Source of the DNA: Nemertoderma westbladi
Taxonomy: Eukaryota > Animalia > Xenacoelomorpha
Reading direction: 5' to 3'
DNA: 64,000 bases
NCBI GenBank assembly: GCA_032718475.1
Contig: JAUCBJ010000476.1
Coordinates: forward strand, 29,787-93,786
The notes under the pieces are model-generated. The model had not been told where the DNA came from. It did no database searches and saw only the letters and a list, made by a program, of their open reading frames with translations. Both the position numbers and the translations under genes were made by a program. This document shows positions 62,716 to 64,000 of the stretch, one piece after another. Position 1 is the first letter of the stretch, and each line of letters opens with the position of its first letter.

Positions 62716-63720
62716 TTAAGTAATCTTCTTCTTTTCATGAGGCTTAATAAATTTATCAAAAACACCACAAAACAACAGAGTGCCAATAAAAACTAAAGCT
62801 GTAGCGAACCAATGATAAAGAGTAAAAGTATTTTGGAAATAAAATATTGAAAACATTAGACTCATAAACTTTCTAAGAGTGACAACTAGGGTCACAGTTA
62901 ATGAAGGACATTCACTGGTGAGTATAAACACGCCTCGAATGCAGATATACTGAGTAACAATGTTGCCTAATATGAATAACCACATAATGGGAATATATAA
63001 ACCGATCAGTTGGACGGGTTGAGAAGCATTGAGTATCATCGCGTGGTTATACATATCGGGGTATAATAGTAGGAAGGCAGGTAAGGGTAGTGCGTGATTG
63101 TAGAATAGGGCCTCACGGGGGAATTTCCCGTGGGTTTCGTACAATATTTCTTGGTATATTCCGATACGAGCCGACATAAACAAGGCGAACAGCAGTAAAG
63201 TTAAACCCACAAACCACCACGCTAACGTTTCCCATTGGCCAACCTCTGGGGTCTGCTCAGTCTGTGCACTGCCGGCACGCTTAGAGGTCGTGTAAGCAGC
63301 AGATGCGATCGTGGCGGTTGCTATTCCAGCGGAGATCATGAGGACGGCTGCGTATTTGTCCGAGGAATATTTTCGACTGCGCAAATATATTCCCAACGCC
63401 ATGTTCGCAACAAGGGAACCCGCGCGAATTATCATATGCAGAGGCATCGCTATGTTGAAGTTTAAGGCGTAGTTATTCATAACGCCGACAAGAAAGAATA
63501 TAATCACAAGTTTCAAGTGGTTTCGTAAGGGAATGTTTGGTTTCTTTGATAATAGCTTAGTTTCGAATATCAATCCATCCAGAGATACAAATGCGAACTG
63601 AAGGAATGTTATAAGATTTCCAGATCCAGGATCAAAGCTAATTAAAAGTTCAAGAAACACAACATTAATTGTGCATCCAGCAATAACCATAATAATTGCG
63701 GTAACTACAATTAACTCCAT
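62716..63720 (-). CDS. SLC35B4: UDP-xylose/UDP-GlcNAc transporter (intronless CDS)
   Basis: GC..NVVFLELL...DPGSGNLITF.QF, NNYALNFNIAMPLHMI.RAGSL.ANM, EALFYNHALPLP, ECPSLTVTLVVTLRKF, C-terminal KKKIT. Confidence 0.93.
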   Translation of the reverse strand: MELIVVTAIIMVIAGCTINVVFLELLISFDPGSGNLITFLQFAFVSLDGLIFETKLLSKKPNIPLRNHLKLVIIFFLVGVMNNYALNFNIAMPLHMIIRAGSLVANMALGIYLRSRKYSSDKYAAVLMISAGIATATIASAAYTTSKRAGSAQTEQTPEVGQWETLAWWFVGLTLLLFALFMSARIGIYQEILYETHGKFPREALFYNHALPLPAFLLLYPDMYNHAMILNASQPVQLIGLYIPIMWLFILGNIVTQYICIRGVFILTSECPSLTVTLVVTLRKFMSLMFSIFYFQNTFTLYHWFATALVFIGTLLFCGVFDKFIKPHEKKKIT

Positions 63721-64000
63721 TTCACTGTATTGAATACCTGGACAACCGACCAAATACCTACTGACGTATTTCCCAATACCACGGAAAATGGTAACGGAAA
63801 TACGGTAGACAGCAGACAGGTAGACACGGTTAATCTGTTGGTTGGCAATGGTCGGCAAAATTACAGAAGTAGTAATTAAGTAATTAATTCTACCTACCCT
63901 ACTGGCAACCTGTTAACAACAGCAAAACAGTCCGATATTAGCCTAATGCAGTAATGTTGTAATGACTGGTATCGATTTTCAGTCTGTGTGTCACGTTAGT

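Noticed and set aside
63721-63858. 46-aa N-terminal extension of SLC35B4 (likewise the PIGC 60985-61047 and ATP6V0B 18714-18731 extensions)
   Set aside because: They start at non-ATG codons and precede the region of family similarity.

Overview
AT-rich invertebrate animal genomic DNA with spliceosomal introns and no prokaryotic features. The first 38 kb is dominated by a large inverted duplication (1-7572 vs 31737-37983; it may extend past the window start). Each arm carries an intact class-B (secretin-family)-like GPCR ORF with no N-terminal hormone-binding domain, an AT-rich satellite, and the last exon of a DAT/NET-like SLC6 transporter. Between the arms lie four more SLC6 3' exons, L2 and CR1 relics, a 28-bp satellite, nested MITEs, an intronless ATP6V0B, a pol-less BEL/Pao-type gag-protease LTR element, and a truncated Ty3/Gypsy element. 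The right part holds an 11-exon KLHL10-like gene, WDR41 (2 exons), and intronless CDK7, PIG-C and SLC35B4. The most notable observations are the duplicated 'headless' GPCR, two type-I hammerhead-ribozyme motifs in a ~185-bp intronic repeat (retrozyme/Penelope-like), and the chimeric BEL element whose ~1,680-codon gag-protease ends in a hydrophobic segment instead of RT. All calls were made by eye; no database searches were run.
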